Source: Tubulanus polymorphus
Taxonomy: Eukaryota; Animalia; Nemertea
Length of the DNA: 64,000 nucleotides
Direction of reading: 5' to 3'
Assembly (NCBI RefSeq): GCF_964204645.1
Contig: NC_134030.1
Location: 1,409,355 to 1,473,354 of the forward strand
Shown: piece after piece, positions 34,701 through 50,200 of the stretch
Layout: each line of letters begins with the position of its first letter
Position numbering within the stretch: position 1 is the first letter of the stretch
The notes under the pieces: model-generated
What the model was told of the DNA's origin: nothing
What the model saw: only the letters and a program-made list of their open reading frames with translations
Databases searched by the model: none
Position numbers and translations under genes: made by a program

Positions 34701-36173
34701 TGATCGCGTGAATAGCCCAAACTAAACCTTCAGAGTTCACTGTACTACAGCATACAACATCTGATAACTTGCATAATAAAGCGCGGCGTGCATGAAAAGA
34801 ATTGTATAAATGCGGGCAAGATTCCGTGCCCTGGCAATCGAACGCCGGAGTGGAGGTATTCCATACACTGGTAGGTGAGTCGGAGCATAGACTGGTTGCT
34901 TGTCCCATAGAGACCGGTAACCAGTCTAGCCACCTCACGATCAGTCTACATTGAAAAACCATTACTGAAATATGGTTGACGGAAATATTCATTTCATATC
35001 AGATTCTGAAATATTTTCTCGTATTGACTACAAAATTTTTATTATCTTTATAAGATAAATCTGCCAAAGCTCAACAATTTGAATTAGTGAAAACCGATGT
35101 GCGAAGTCGTCAATTCAGTAGCCCGATAGAGCCCGGTAACCAGTCTAACTGTCAATGTTCATTGCGCGGGAATGAACGGGCAACCAGTCTACGATGAAAA
35201 ATCATTTCTGAAAAATTATGAACGGAGATATTCATTTTACTTTGAATTTTGAATTATCTTATAAAACTGACAGCCATATTAACCAAAGTATTAATAGTAA
35301 ATCTGATAAAATCTAATACCGGTTTTAGAATAGGTGAAAACTGATTTATGTGATGCCGTCGGTTCAGAAGACTGATCCGTAGAATCGTTCGCCACTTTCT
35401 TCCGGTCCACTTACTTCCGCGTTTGTGATTTGCATACAAGTAGTTTGAATGTTAAATGTATTAAGCCGCGTGTTGATTGGTTGAGGTCAGTGCGGTTTAC
35501 TGAACGATGACCAGCTGTCAGCTGATCGAATCATTCGTTTCACAGACATTACGACGTAAGTATATTTTACATCTTTGATCAAAAATTGTAGTGTAAAAAA
35601 ACTCAAAACTAAGGCCTCTATAAATGATCGATTGACTTTAAATGATTACTTTAGCACAGCTCTTGTAGACAATGATTAGGTGTCATAGTAGTTTAGCTCG
35701 AAAGTGCACATATAAGGTTAATTTTCATCCCTTATTTAGAGACCGAGGTATTGAGCGTCCATTTCAGCCCTTAAAACATCATCAACCTACCTCAAACTGA
35801 CTGTTTTTAAATCCAGCAATAGTTAACTATTGACTCATCATGGATTCGATTCAAAAACAATTTTTGATGATCATAGTGATTCGAAACGTTTGAATTTTTG
35901 AAAAACACGAATGCTAAACGACGGATCCGGACTTCGATTGCGGCCCAATGCCAGAGTTGATTTTCTTATTTGGAATTTGAAGATATAAATCACTGAAATC
36001 AATTGGTTTTCTCAACCAAAATTAAAATTAAGAAGAATTTAGGATGGAGATGTTTGATTTTCATTTTGTCTAAAATGCCGACTTAAAAATTAATTCAATT
36101 GAATCAAATTAATGAATTCATCATTTCACGATATTATAGATAATCAAAATGTGAATATGAAATCACCTTTTCA

Positions 36174-38552
36174 ATCGCTGTTTTTGGGTAAGATCGCAGT
36201 TTTTAGGTAAGATCGCAGTTTTTAGGTTAGATCGCTGTTTTGAGGTTAGATCACCGTTTTTGGTTAGATTGCTGTTTTGTGTTAGATCACCTTTTGTGTT
36301 AGATCACAGTTTTTGTGTTAGATCGCTGTTTTTGGGTTAGATCGCTGTTTTGTGTTAGATCGCTGTTTTAGGTTAGATCGCAGTTTTTAGGTTACATTGC
36401 AGTATTTTGGTTAGACCGCAGTTTTTTGTTAGATCGCAGTTTTTAAGTTAGATCGCTGTTTTGGGTTAGATCACAGTTTTTGTGTTAGATCGCTGTTTTA
36501 GGTTAGATCGCAGTTTTTAAGTTAGATCGCTGTTTTGGGTTAGATCACAGTTTTTGTGTTAGATCGCTGTTTTAGGTTAGATCGCAGTTTTTAAGTTAGA
36601 TCGCTGTTTTGGGTTAGATCACAGTTTTTGTGTTAGATCGCTGTTTTTAGGTTAGATCGCAGTTTTTAGGTTACATTGCAGTATTTGGGTTAGACCGCAG
36701 TTTTTTTGTTAGATCGCAGTTTTTAAGTTAGATCGCTGTTTTGGGTTAGATCACAGTTTTTGTGTTAGATCGCTGTTTTTAGGTTAGATCGCAGTTTTTA
36801 GGTTACATTGCAGTATTTGGGTTAGACCGCAGTTTTTTTGTTAGATCGCAGTTTTTAAGTTAGATTGCTGTTTTGGGTTAGATCACAGCTTTTGTGTTAG
36901 ATCACAGTTTTTGGGTTAGACCACAGTTTTTTTGTTAGATCGCAGTTTTTAAGTTAGATCGCTGTTTTGGGTTAGATCACAGTTTTTGTGTTAGATCGCT
37001 GTTTTTAGGTTAGATCGCAGTTTTTAGGTTACATTGCAGTATTTGGGTTAGACCGCAGTTTTTTTGTTAGATCGCAGTTTTTAAGTTAGATTGCTGTTTT
37101 GGGTTAGATCACAGCTTTTGTGTTAGATCACAGTTTTTGGGTTAGACCACAGTTTTTTTGTTAGATCGCAGTTTTTAAGTTAGATCGCTGTTTTGGGTTA
37201 GATCACAGTTTTTGTGTTAGATCGCTGTTTTTAGGTTAGATCGCAGTTTTTAGGTTACATTGCAGTATTTAGGTTAGACCGCAGTTTTTTTGTTAGATCG
37301 CAGTTTTTAAGTTAGATCGCTGTTTTGGGTTAGATCACAGTTTTTGGGTTAGATCGCTGTTTTGGGTTAGATCACAGTTTTTGTGTTAGATCGCTGTTTT
37401 GGTGTTAGATCGCTGTTTTGGGTTAGATCACAGTTTTTGGGTTAGATCGCTGTTTTTGGGTTAGATCGCTGTTTTGGGTTAGATCACAGTTTTTGGGTTA
37501 GATCGCTGTTTTTGGGTTAGATCGCTGTTTTGGGTTAGATCACAGTTTTTGGGTTAGATCGCTGTTTTTGGGTTAAATTGCTGTTTTTGTGTTGGATCAT
37601 TGTTTTTTGTGTTAGATCATTGTTTTTGGGTTAGATCGATGTTTTTGTGTTAGATCGCATTTTTGTGTTAGATCACTGGTTTTTTGTTAGATTGCAGTTT
37701 TTAGGTTAGATCGCTGTTTTTGAGTTAGATCGCTGTTTTGTGTTAGATCGCCGTTTTGTGTTAGATCGCCGTTTTTAGGTTAGATTGCTGTTTTTAGGTT
37801 AGATCGCAGTTTTTGTGTTAGATCACTGTTATTGTGTTAGATAGCAGTTTTTAGGTTAGATCGCTGTTTTTGGGTTAGATCGCTGTTTTTGAGTTAGATC
37901 GCTGTTTTTAGGTTAGATCGCAGTTTTTGTGTTAGATCACTGTTATTGTGTTAGATAGCAGTTTTTAGGTTAGATCGCTGTTTTTAGGTTAGATCGCTGT
38001 TTTTAGGTTATATCGCAGTTTTTGTGTTAGATCACTGTTATTGTGTTAGATAGCAGTTTTTAGGTTAGATCGCTGTTTTTGAGTTTAATCGCCTTTTTGG
38101 GTTAGATCACAGTTTTTGTGTTAGATCACAGCTTTTAGGTTAGATTGCTGTTTTTAGGTTAGATCCCTTTTTTTTCTTAGATCGCAGTATTTAGGTTAGA
38201 TCGCTTTTTTTGGATTAGATCGCTGTTTTTGGGTTAGATCGCAGTTATTGTGTTAGATCGCAGTTTTTTGTTAGATCGCTGTTTTTGGGTTAGACCGCAG
38301 TGTTTAGGTTAGATTGCAGTTTTTGGGTTAGAACACTGTTTTTCTGTTAGATCGCAGTTTTTTGTTAGATCGCTGTTTTAGGTTGGATCGCTGTTTTAGG
38401 TTAGATCGCAGTTTTTTGTTAGGTCGCTGTTTTTGGGTTAGAAAGCTGTTTTTGTGTTAGATTGGTGTTTTTAGGTTAGATCGCTATTTTTGTGTAAGAT
38501 CGCTGTTTTTGGGTTAGATCGCTGTATTTGGGTTAGATCGCTGTCTTTGTGT
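36174..38552 (+). repeat. 18-20-bp minisatellite, expanded to ~2.4 kb
   Basis: Homolog of 6895-7903 with internal block duplications. Confidence 0.95.
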
Positions 38553-38602
38553 TTTTGTCAATCATCATATCAAGATTTGCAATCCCAGTTGCCTTCAAGT
38601 TT

Positions 38603-39932
38603 CATATAGAGAATTAGTGGATGTGGTGTCCCTGGACCCCTACACGCACCATATAGAGAATTAGTGGATGTGGTGTTCCTGGACCCCTACATGCACCATA
38701 TAGAGAATTAGTGGATGTGGTGTCCCTGGACCCCTACATGCACCATATAGAGAATAAGTGGATGTGGTGTCCCTGGACCCCTACATGCACCATATAGAGA
38801 ATTAGTGGATGTGGTGTCCCTGGACCCCTACATGCACCATATAGAGAATTAGTGGATGTGGTGTCCCTGGACCCCTACATGCACCATATAGAGAATTAGT
38901 GGATGTGGTGTCCCTGGACCCCTACATGCACCATATATAGAATTAGTGGATGTGGTGTTCCTGGACCCCTACATGCACCATATAGAGAATTAGTGGATGT
39001 GGTGTCCCTGGACCCCTACATGCACCATATAGAGAATTAGTGGATGTGGTGTCCCTGGACCCCTACATGCATCATATAGAGAATTAGTGGATGTGGTGTC
39101 CCTGGACCCCTACACGCACCATATAGAGAATTAGTGGATGTGGTGTCCCTGGACCCCTACACGCACCATATAGAGAATTAGTGGATGTGGTGTCCCTGGA
39201 CCCCTACACGCACCATATAGAGAATTAGTGGATGTGGTGTCCCTGGACCCCTACACGCACCATATAGAGAATTAGTGGATGTGGTGTTCCTGGACCCCTA
39301 CATGCACCATATAGAGAATTAGTGGATGTGGTGTCCCTGGACCCCTACATGCACCATATAGAGAATAAGTGGATGTGGTGTCCCTGGACCCCTACATGCA
39401 CCATATAAAGAATTAGTGGATGTGGTGTCCCTGGACCCCTACATGCACCATATAGAGAATTAGTGGATGTGGTGTCCCTGGACCCCTACATGCACCATAT
39501 AGAGAATTAGTGGATGTGGTGTCCCTGGACCCCTACATGCATCATATAGAGAATTAGTGGATGTGGTGTCCCTGGACCCCTACATGCACCATATAAAGAA
39601 TTAGTGGATGTGGTGTCCCTGGACCCCTACATGCACCATATAGAGAATAAGTGGATGTGGTGTCCCTGGACCCCTACATGCACCATATAGAGAATTAGTG
39701 GATGTGGTGTCCCTGGACCCCTACATGCACCATATAGAGAATTAGTGATGTGGTGTCCCTGGACCCCTACATGCACCATATAGAGAATTAGTGGATGTGG
39801 TGTCCCTGGACCCCTACATGCACCATATAGAGAATTAGTGGATGTGGTGTCCCTGGACCCCTACATGCACCATATAGAGAATTAGTGGATGTGGTGTCCC
39901 TGGACCCCTACATGCACCATATAGAGAATTAG
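38603..39932 (-). repeat. 47-bp tandem array, inverted, ~28.3 copies
   Basis: Expanded homolog of 7955-8721. Confidence 0.97.
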
Positions 39933-40487
39933 TTCACTGAACCAGAATAAGACCGACTGATATATTTTCAAATGATTTAATATTTTTACTTGTTTTTCTA
40001 GATGCCAAAAGCCACTAAGAAAACCCGGGGCGCGGGGCCCTCAACATCTAGCCCCTATAATAAAGTAAGTACAAATTTACTGCTTCCATGCTTATTTATT
40101 CATCCCATACTTAGTATTTTGTACCCCTGGGTCCAGTTTCACAAAAAGGATTAACGCCTAAATTGATTTAAGATAAACTGAATTAATGAAGAAATTAAAT
40201 TGATTTAAGAGTTAAACCTGTTTGTGAAACTAGGCCCTGAATTGCATCTAGAATGAAAAAAAAGAAAAAAAAATATTGAAAATAACGTTGGTGAAATATT
40301 TCTGGATCTTTCTGGATTTCTGCTCAATGCATCGTTTAGTAAAATATCGATATTCTCTAAAAGTAAAGATATAAGAATAAAAATATTGTATTGAATCGTG
40401 ATTAGTTACTGTATGCGCTGCTAGTTGTTGCCCAACCCATAGCCTCATTTCTCTCCATTCTAAATTTGCATTGTTTAACATTGTCTG

Positions 40488-41086
40488 GTCGCTATGGAAA
40501 CTATTTATTTAAGTTTCTTTGTGGTATCCATGGCAACAGTAACGTTTAGGTAGTGGCACCAATTATGGGTCCCAACGTTCCCATGGCGATACATGAGAAC
40601 ATTTATCCTATTTTTGACCTACATGACGTAAGATGGTAGTGAGTCGATGACGTCATTTTCGTCTCACCACTAATGAAAAAAAAAATTAAATGAAAAAAAA
40701 GGAAGAAATCGTTAGAATTACGTTTATGAAATTTTTCTGGATCGGCTAAATGTATTGTTCCATTAAATATCGACATTCTCTAAAATTATAGGCATCAATA
40801 TCAAAATGATGATACAGCAGACTCCGCTTAACTCTGTTCTATTTGGACCATTAATTAACCGAATACCAACTTTTTAAAATTTTAGGATTTTTACGTTAAG
40901 GATCAGAAAATGTGTATGCAATTTCAACCGGGTACCGAGTAGGGTGGCCGAGTCTACTGTAGTCTGCTGCCCCCTCGAATCAATTACCTTATTATCTCTC
41001 AATTTGCATTGTTTGACCTCGTCTGGTTGCTATGGAAACTATTTAGTTATATCAGGAACGGTTTTTTCGAGGTAACCAGTGGCAAC
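40488..41086 (+). promoter_or_regulatory. RFX/CRE motif cluster, unit B copy
   Basis: All motifs retained; the first is gtcgctatggaaac, closer to consensus. Confidence 0.6.
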
Positions 41087-41296
41087 AGTTAACAGGCGTG
41101 TCCGTCCTAGAGATAAACTGTCTGATTTCACAGCCACATCCGTCCTAGAGATAAACTGTTAGATAAACTCTGATTTCGCGTCTGTCCTATTTCTTGTCAT
41201 TGTATGAATATGTTTTCTCTTTTATAGGGTACAGCGCAGCAACAACAACAACAACAACAACAACAGCAACAACAACAACAAAAATTTGATATTTCT

Positions 41297-44200
41297 ATGT
41301 CCGGAATAGACGTAAGTTATCGTAAACGCCTGTTTGAAGTCATCATTCTTGAGCTTGAAACCGAAATTTATATTATAGAATATTAAACCCTGCTTCTGCT
41401 ACTGACAGGTAATGTCCGTCATACATTACTGCATCGTCAAATCTATACCAGGGTGCACCCAGGCAGATCGTTCGCATCATCACATGCAAAGGGCTGATTA
41501 TTTTGGAACCCAGTTTTTATCAGCTGGAACATTCTGCACATTCGACCATATTGATTGATAGCCCGTTATAGACGAGTGGAGAAAAACTGAAAAACCAGTT
41601 CGGAAAAACTTCGATTGATTTCACTCACATTTACAGAAATTTGGTCCGACCCCAAAACCATTTACTTACACTATACAAATCAGATCAGGTTTTTAACATT
41701 GTCTTTGATTGTATTTTCAGTTTTTACCCACAACGCCGCCCAGTGGTGTTTCGACGCCGGTAAGTGATAACTATTTTCTAATAAATCACGCTTATTTCAA
41801 TTTGTAATTTGAAAATAGAGGGTAGTAGCTGTTATGTATAAATTATGCTAATTAGGAATAAATTCAAATTCGATTAAGTCTCATCATCGTAGAAGTCATA
41901 TATTAATGATGCTATCTCTAAAGTTGTCATTTAAATTAAGTGTTATATTTACTACTTCATTTGCTTCATGACCCAAAAACCTCTACTATATAACTACTGG
42001 TTTTGTTCTAATCTTGGAGAATTTGCTGCAAAATTTACTTATCATTTGTTAAACAGTTTTTATTGAAAACCTGAATCAGTGATACATGCATTCATGAATA
42101 TCCATCTAATATTTTGTTTTATTTTATCTTTACAGGATTTATCACCGATACAGCACGTGGACGTAAGAGATTAAACATTGATCTTGAATTTTAAGTTCAA
42201 ACTAATTTATTTTTTATCTCACTCGGGACTATAGTTATTGCGTTCACTTTGCGTCCAGTTGTCTCGGGTAGTTTTTGATTTATCGTGTTGATAATTGGTT
42301 TATATACTCAAACTCAAAATATCGGCGCAATCGGAATTAAGATGGCGCACTTGTATGTCCATTTTTTTCCCCGGCAAAATTAGCACTTTAGCAGATTTTA
42401 AGGATCAATTCTGTTGTTATATTACATTGAAATCAGAGTTTAATATATATCGGTATAGAGCAGATTTTTGCTCTAGTTATAAATAAAGTTATAAATAATC
42501 TCATGACATGTTCTGTATATGTGTAGTGAGTTTCAATGTCTTTGGTTCCTTTTAAACCAGGGGGAGTTAAATTTGAAAATGTCAGATCGTCGAGCATTTC
42601 AGACCGCATCCAAAGTGGGTCCCTGCACCCCTAGTTATACCGTTAATATTTTAATAATACATTAATATTTTTATTTGATAGAATATATTGATATACCATA
42701 CATTGATATCGGTCTTGTAATTGGATCAACAACCATGAGATCAAAACACAGCAAATATGAACCTGCTGTGAATCAATAGATTTGTGATAAATGTAATGAA
42801 ATTGTTATTTTTCATATTGACTTTTTGAGTTAAGGGTCTGTTGTATAAGAGTCTTTGGTCTCGCGTGTCAATGTATGATATCAATCTGTTGTATTTCCTC
42901 GTTCCAATGTTTAAAAGGTGTTCGTCACCTTATATTAATAAACTACTTTAACCATTAGATGGCGCCATAAGTGTGATATTTGATTTATGGGATACCCGCA
43001 AAACCAGCTATTCCACCAGATGGCGCAACGAGTAGTAGGTCGTTCGTTGTCAAAATTAGTTCATTTTCGATGAACTTTGAACTGGTTTGAAGAAGAAATA
43101 CTTTCATTCTTCTACTCTGACATCGGTTTAGTTTTCATTAATAATTGATTCATTTAAGAGAACAATTCATTCAGATTTAATTGAAATGTACAAGAAAATC
43201 GAACGCAGACGACCAACTATTTACTAGCGACACCTGGTGGATCCTCGCCTGCCATAAGTGGAATCCTCGATTGCTACAGTAAGACTGCGGGTATCCCATT
43301 GTTTGGCGTGTGAAGTAAAGTAAAGTTAGAAAACGGATGTTTAACTTTGTTGTGAAACGAAAGCGTTTTGGAGATTTTTAAACCAATCAAATCAATATTT
43401 TGATATTACGCTTGAAACCCTTCCCACTCATATTCTACTTACTAAGTATATATTCTTGTTTCCGTGGAAATCATGGTGAGTGGCGCCATCTATACAGTGG
43501 AGTTAGCTTTATAAATCGAGCTTGCTTCGACAAGTGGCTCCATCTATTCCCTAATACTGAAGCGAGGTAACCAGCAGCGCCCTCATATACAGGAAATGAA
43601 CGCCTATCAAGTTTAACAATGCACGGTGTATTGACCACAGCGACCGGTGATAATTATATCAATGTTGATTAGCTATTGCCATAGACAGGTCCGTAGCGTT
43701 TGACTGGACCAGAACGGGGCCCCCTAACCAAAACAAATTTTGAAAACGTGCCCAGATAAATTGCCTCTGGGAGATGATTTAACGAGGTTTTGATTAAATG
43801 AACAAATTTTAATATTTGTAAGTTTAACATTTCTGTTTTTAATTTTTCTTTGCGAGGAACTGAATTTTCGAACCCCCCCGAACCGCCTCAAGCTACGTTC
43901 CTGATATAGTGCTAGCTATACCTGAATACTTTTCTCTTATTGAAATTGTCTAAAAAACCAGCACCTTGAACTAATGAACGTCATAATGAAAATGTTTAAA
44001 AATTCAACCGTTAATGAATTTGACTAATGTATTTTTTTTATTTTCATTTCTAGCATCAGTTTGCCTCAGAGGCAAGGTCGCCGTCGCTTAATGTAAGTAT
44101 CAGTGACGCCCTCAATCTCACATGCCTCACTTCCCTCCTAATGTAACCATTTTTATGAAATTCCTCAAGAAAATATATACTAGTAATCTTAGAATACACG

Positions 44201-47200
44201 TTTTTGTACCCAGACCCCTTCATTCTACTGAACTACCGTGTAATAAGTGCCTGTTGTGTTCATTTTCTGTTGCATTGATTTATATATTATTTCTATTTAC
44301 AGTTGTCAAACAACAGCAGCAGCAGCAACAGCAGCAGCAGCGCACCCCTCCCGCCGGAGACGCCTCTCGACTTGCAAGCAAGAAGTAAGTTCAGTCTTCA
44401 AATACAATTTCAACGCATTCAATTTTTTGTATGGCGTTAAAACGGTTAAAGTTGTGACTAGTTTTCATAACTCCGTGACGTCATATTTCCATCGAGTACC
44501 GGACCCTTTCCTATGTTTTTTGCCAATTTGGATTGAATGATCGCCAGCGGTTTTTCTATACGACCCGGCTCTGCTGTATTGCATTTAGCCATCCTTTTTC
44601 TTGGCGTTTTTATAAGAAGGTGTTTGATTTTGTCTCTAAGGGATTTAGGAATTTAAGAGACACTTGTACTTTCTATGCAGTGAGTTTGTTCTGTTTTTGT
44701 TCCCTCGTGAATTTTATTTTTGTTTGAATCAAATCAAATCAGTGCATCTTTCTTGAATTGCGTGTATGTTATAATATTATGTTAGTTATAACGTTAAAAT
44801 ATCTGTTATATTTAAACCGAATATTTAATTGTTGTATTTTGAATGCGATAATGCCGCTCCCTGCTAAAGTCCAGCGTCGTCATCGTGAGGGATGCGGTCA
44901 TCTGTTCGGGCCCTGATTACGTTCTGTGTTCATCCTGTTGGGCTACATCGGGCGTTATATGAGTTAATCCTTCCTCGACTTGCGGATTGTGGTCGGAAGA
45001 TCTATGGGTTCGGGCCGATAAGTCCCGGAAACAGAAAGTACAGTTTCTGCCGATGTGCCCATTGATGTCTCTATTTCAGAACATCACAGCGGTCGCCGGC
45101 TGTACAAGCACGGTCGGCTTCCCAACTCCTTTCTCTGAGGAGGATCGCTGGTTCTCTAGTAACGGTCAGTCACCAGTCAATCAACGGTTCAGCTGGTTCA
45201 GTTTCCCAGGTATCGGCGCGCGACAGTCGGGATACCTGCACAGGAACTCAGGTCTGGTCCGGGCTACTCCGAGCACCGGTCCGGTCCAGGCCTCACTGGG
45301 TAATGAACATCTGGTCCGGTCCGGGCGGCTTCGAGCACCGGTCCGGTCCAGGCATCACCAGATACTGAACATCCTGTCCAGTCAGCTCCGTGCACCGGTC
45401 CGGTCCAGGCATCACCGGGTACTGAACATCTGGTCCGGTAGCTTCGAGAACTGGTCCGGTCCAGGCATCACCGGGTACTGAACATCTGGTCCGGTAGCTT
45501 CGAGAACTGGTCCGGTCCAGGCATCACCGGGTACTGAACATCTGGTCCGGTAGCTTCGAGAACTGGTCCGGTCCAGGCATCACCGGGTACTGAACATCTG
45601 GTCCGGTAGCTTCGAGAACTGGTCCGGTCCAGGCATCACTGAGTACTGAACATCCAGTCTGGTCCGGTCCAGGCATCACCGGGTACTGATCATCCAGTCC
45701 GGTCCGGTCCAGGCATCACTGGGACTGAACATCCAGTCTGGTCCGGTCCAGGCATCACCGGGTACTGATCATCCAGTCCGGTCCGGTCCAGGCATCACCG
45801 GGTACTGAACATCCAGTCTGGTCCGGTCCAGGCATCACCGGGTACTGAACATCCAGTCTGGTCCGGTCCAGGCATCACCAGTTACTGAACATCCAGTCCG
45901 GTCCGGTCCAGGCATCACCGGGTTCTGATCATCCAGTCCGGTCCGGTCCAGGCATCACCGGGTACTGAACATCCAGTCCGGTCCGGTCCAGGCATAACTG
46001 GGTACTGAACATCCAGTCCGGTCCGGTCCAGGCATCACTGGGTACTGAACATCCAGTCTGGTCCGGTCCAGGCATCACCGGGTAATGAACATCCAGTCTG
46101 GTCCGGTCCAGGCATCACTGGGTACTGAACATCCGGTCCGGTCCGGTCCGGTCCAGGCATCACCGGGTACTGAACATCCAGTGCGGTCCAGTCCAGGCAT
46201 CACCGGGTACTGAACAGGGTTCGTCGCGGTGCTTGAAAAGCTTGAAATGGCTTGAATTTGAAAAATACTACTCAAGCGCTTGAAAACAGCTTGAAAATAG
46301 ATCGAAAGCTTGAAATAATTATTTTTGACTTGAAATAAAAAGTTATGGCTTGAAATGCTTGATTATCACAAATTTTCTTCTTCGCGAATTTTTTTCGATG
46401 AAATCGCAGACAGAATATGTTCTTGAGTTGTTTCTACGCGTGCGTCATGTTTTAGGCATCAATAAAGAAATTAATTGAATTGTATTGAATCGCTATGAGA
46501 CTCTTGTGGTGAAACTCTACGGTGTCTGGAGACATGAACATACGGGGAAATTTCAGTCATGCATGTTATCGAGCATTGATGTAAAATGGCATTGAAATCC
46601 CACACCAGGAGTGAGAGCCATGTTGAAGGCACCGCGACCTAGTCAAAGTCATTGAACATTACAAATTTCGTATTAGGCCATCCAAAAATCAAGGTCTGTT
46701 TGCCGTCATCCGACCGACCCGACTTCAAAGGTACCCAGTGGAAACTTTTTTCTTGGATTCATTGAAATAAATTGTATTTTTGATACAAATGGCCGACCCA
46801 CTGCCGATGTATGAGCTATGTATGTTTGAAGTTAAGTGTGCATCATGTGAAAACATGCCTCGACTATTTACTTGAAGTTTTCCAGGAAACTGGCAGTGTT
46901 CCAATAAGCTGCCATTCATTCTAAAGCTGGTAATGTTATAGCGTGCATATATTCAATCTACTGTTTCATTTTGAACGCAGATTTCGGATGTTGTTTCCGC
47001 TAAAAGTGGTGATGATAAATTTGTTGTTTTTTTTTGCCCCAAAATTTTGCAAAAAAAATGATGCTACCTTCCTACTGACTTATCCCAAAAATTTTAGTAG
47101 GTGTAACGGCAAAACAGACAATTAATTTGGGATGGCCAAATATCCAAATCTTGATTGAAATGAATATTTAAGCTAGGAAATGCTGAAAATCATTGTGATG

Positions 47201-50200
47201 AACAGGTTTCATCTCTAACAGAATCGTATCAACTCGGAGGTTCCACTGGAATCAAAATTTTACCTCTTTTTTAACATTTTTATACGAACCTGTTCAAAAT
47301 AGGCAAATTGGCTGCGACTAACGAAAATTGCTTCCAACGTGCCTTAAAAAATAGTTTGAAAATGGTATAAATCTAGCTTGAAATGGCTTGAATTTCACCT
47401 GAGCTTGAGACAATGAACCCTGCTGAACATCTGGTCCGGTCAGCTTCCAGCACCGGTCCGGTCCAGGCATCACCGGTTACTGAACATCCGGTCCGGTCAG
47501 CTTCCAGCACCGGTCCAGGCATCACCAGGTACTGAACATCTGGTCTGGTCCGGGCGGCCTGGCATCAATGTTTCGAATTTAAAACATAGTTATCATGGTT
47601 CTAGGTTTGGTAGAGGGCGCTCTTCTACCAGATGCAGGAGCGAGGTCACCTTCACGGAGATCGAGATCGAGGGATTATGATTGATTCTGTAGGAACCATC
47701 ATCATTCATCAGTTCAGGTCGAGGGACCGTTTAGGAAGTTCACGTCTTTGACGTCGAGGGACCGTTTAGGAAGTTCACATCTTTCACGTCGAGGGACCGT
47801 TTAGGAAGTTCACGTCTTTGACGTCGAGGGACCGTTTAGGAAGTTCACGTCTTTCACGTCGAGGGACCGTTTAGGAAGTTCACGTCTTTCACGTCGAGGG
47901 ACCGTTTAGGAAGTTCACGTCTTTCACGTCGAGGGACCGTTTAGGAAGTTCACGTCTTTCACGTCGAGGGACCGTTAAGGAAGTCGTCACAATAATCAGG
48001 ATTTCCGCGATTTTGAAAGTCAGATTTTAAACTTGTTATTGTCATTGTAAGCTACCGCAGTTACAGGTAAGCCTATTCTTGATTGCCCGAGACAGGCGTG
48101 CAGATATTGTTCCCGACTTAAGTTTTTGGTTGATTTTCTTGTGACTTGTTTGTTTTAGGGGTGAGATGGATGAGCCTTATTGTTTTTGACATATATAGGT
48201 CATCCAAGATGGCCGCCACAGCCATTTCAATGTGGGAAATAGCCATTTTGAAGCTTGTGACAACTCTACAATCTACAGTTTCAAACCAATTTACCAATTA
48301 CTTATTCTGTGGTTTCATAATGGTAAGAGGATGAGCCTTATTGTTTTTGACATATATAGGTCATCCAAGATGGCCGCCACAGCCATTTCAATGTGTGAAA
48401 TAGCCATTTTGAAGCTTGTTACCGCTCTACGGACTTAAGTTTTAAGCTTAAGACTTAAGATGGCCACCACAGTTATATCAATGTCTTAAATCTTATCCGA
48501 TTTGGAGCTTGTTACTGCTCTAAGATGTAGAGGTTTAGAGGTTTATAATTTCATTCATACTTGTACTGTGGTTTATTTATGGTGGTCAGAGGATGAGCCC
48601 TATTACAATTTGCATTCTCTACTTGACTCACTGGTCAAGGGTTAATATCTAGTTTGATAAATGTGGAGCATGTCGGTGAATCATCCCCCCCTCCCCCGGA
48701 CTCTGATCTCAATGTCTGATGTCAATCGTCAGCAGTTTCAATGGAATAGGCTCGATTAGGTGTGGAACAAGTGGAATCCTCGATTGCCACAGTCGAACCT
48801 AGAGTATTAAGAGCTCAATTAGGTTCTTCTTTGCGTCTCTTCTCCAGTTGGAGTGCTCCAGTTTCCACCGAATGGAGGAAGATTCGAGATGTGCAGATTC
48901 AAGTCCACCATGCGGACTCCGGCTCCGGCTCCGGCAGCTCAAGGTTCAGCCCGAACTCACACAATGCCATCTCAAGCATCCGTACTTTCTCAAGCGGCTA
49001 CTAATGCTGTTTGGAGAACAAGTGCACAGCTCCAACATTCTCGTGCCCCTTCTGGTCAGAATAATTCTAGTTCATATCGGGGAATGCTCCTAAAAGGAGC
49101 TCTTCCTCTCGGAGAAACTCAAAATGAATGCTCGGGGCCAGTGAGAGGTTGTCTATAACGAGCAGCCACCTACTGATCCGGCGTTCCCGGGTCGTATCAC
49201 GGCGGCTACTGTCTTCAATTCTGAACACCTCCCGACATGCGCCCGAAAGCAGGTCACGAGACACTAATCTCGTTAGCTCTCAAAGATCTGGCCAAAAAGA
49301 GAGCAATAGAACCAGTACGGGACGAAGCCACATCCGGCTGGTTTTCATGAATATTTATGCTCCTGAAGACCACAAGGCGTCGATGGACTGTCATTCCTCG
49401 AGTGGCACCTGGATATCCCGAGGCTTCCGATGACTAAAACAGGGAGGTAATTCAAGGTCTCCGTCGAGGTTAATGGGCGGCTTCATTGGACCTGAAAGAT
49501 GTCAGGTTCCTATTCACCCGAAATCTCATCAATTTCACAGAATGAAGTGGAAACGCCGCCAGTTCCAGTTCAGGTCTCTTCCAGTCGGCCTCAGTACAGC
49601 CCACGCCCTGGGTATTTACCAGCTTGGGTCAAGTCCAGAAGGTACACTACACTCCAGGGCTGGGTTTCATAGATATGGAAGAAAAATAATTCCAGGGAAC
49701 ATTTTGAAATTTGTCAGTTATAACCATGGTTTCTCATTGTTAGTATGGTGGTTGAGGATTTATCCCTTTGGATAACTTTGATACTCAGTCTATGAAACCG
49801 GGTCCTGGAGTATTTGTCTGTTGGTTTACCTCGACGACTGGTTACTAGTACCAAACTCGACTATAGAATGTCAGGAGGCGGTGACCGCTGTCGACCGCTG
49901 TCGTAGACTTAGTTCACCAGTTCCGCATAAACTTAGTAAAATCTCACTTGATGCCGTCCCAACAGTTCACATCTCCGGATCAGCACGGTCTTTCCGTCCA
50001 TGGCTCGAGTAGCCAAACTTCAAGAAGCGTAGTTACCACAAACGAGAGGACAGCTAGTTATCGGTGACGCCTGTGGCTAAATGCAATACCGCAGTGCCAG
50101 GGGTCGTATCTCTGGCTATCTACACATTCAGAGAATATTAACTAAAACCATAGGAAAGGGTCAAGCACTACTCCGAAAAAAAACAAATTTTATTTCCAAA

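Larger units (their letters stand above)
30511..40058. mobile_element. Foldback-like block, unit B copy
   Basis: Arms 30511-31124 and 38603-40058; internal arrays expanded. Confidence 0.6.
44851..50012 (+). mobile_element. Decayed DIRS1-like retrotransposon, unit B copy
   Basis: Homolog of 13633-18300. Confidence 0.7.
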
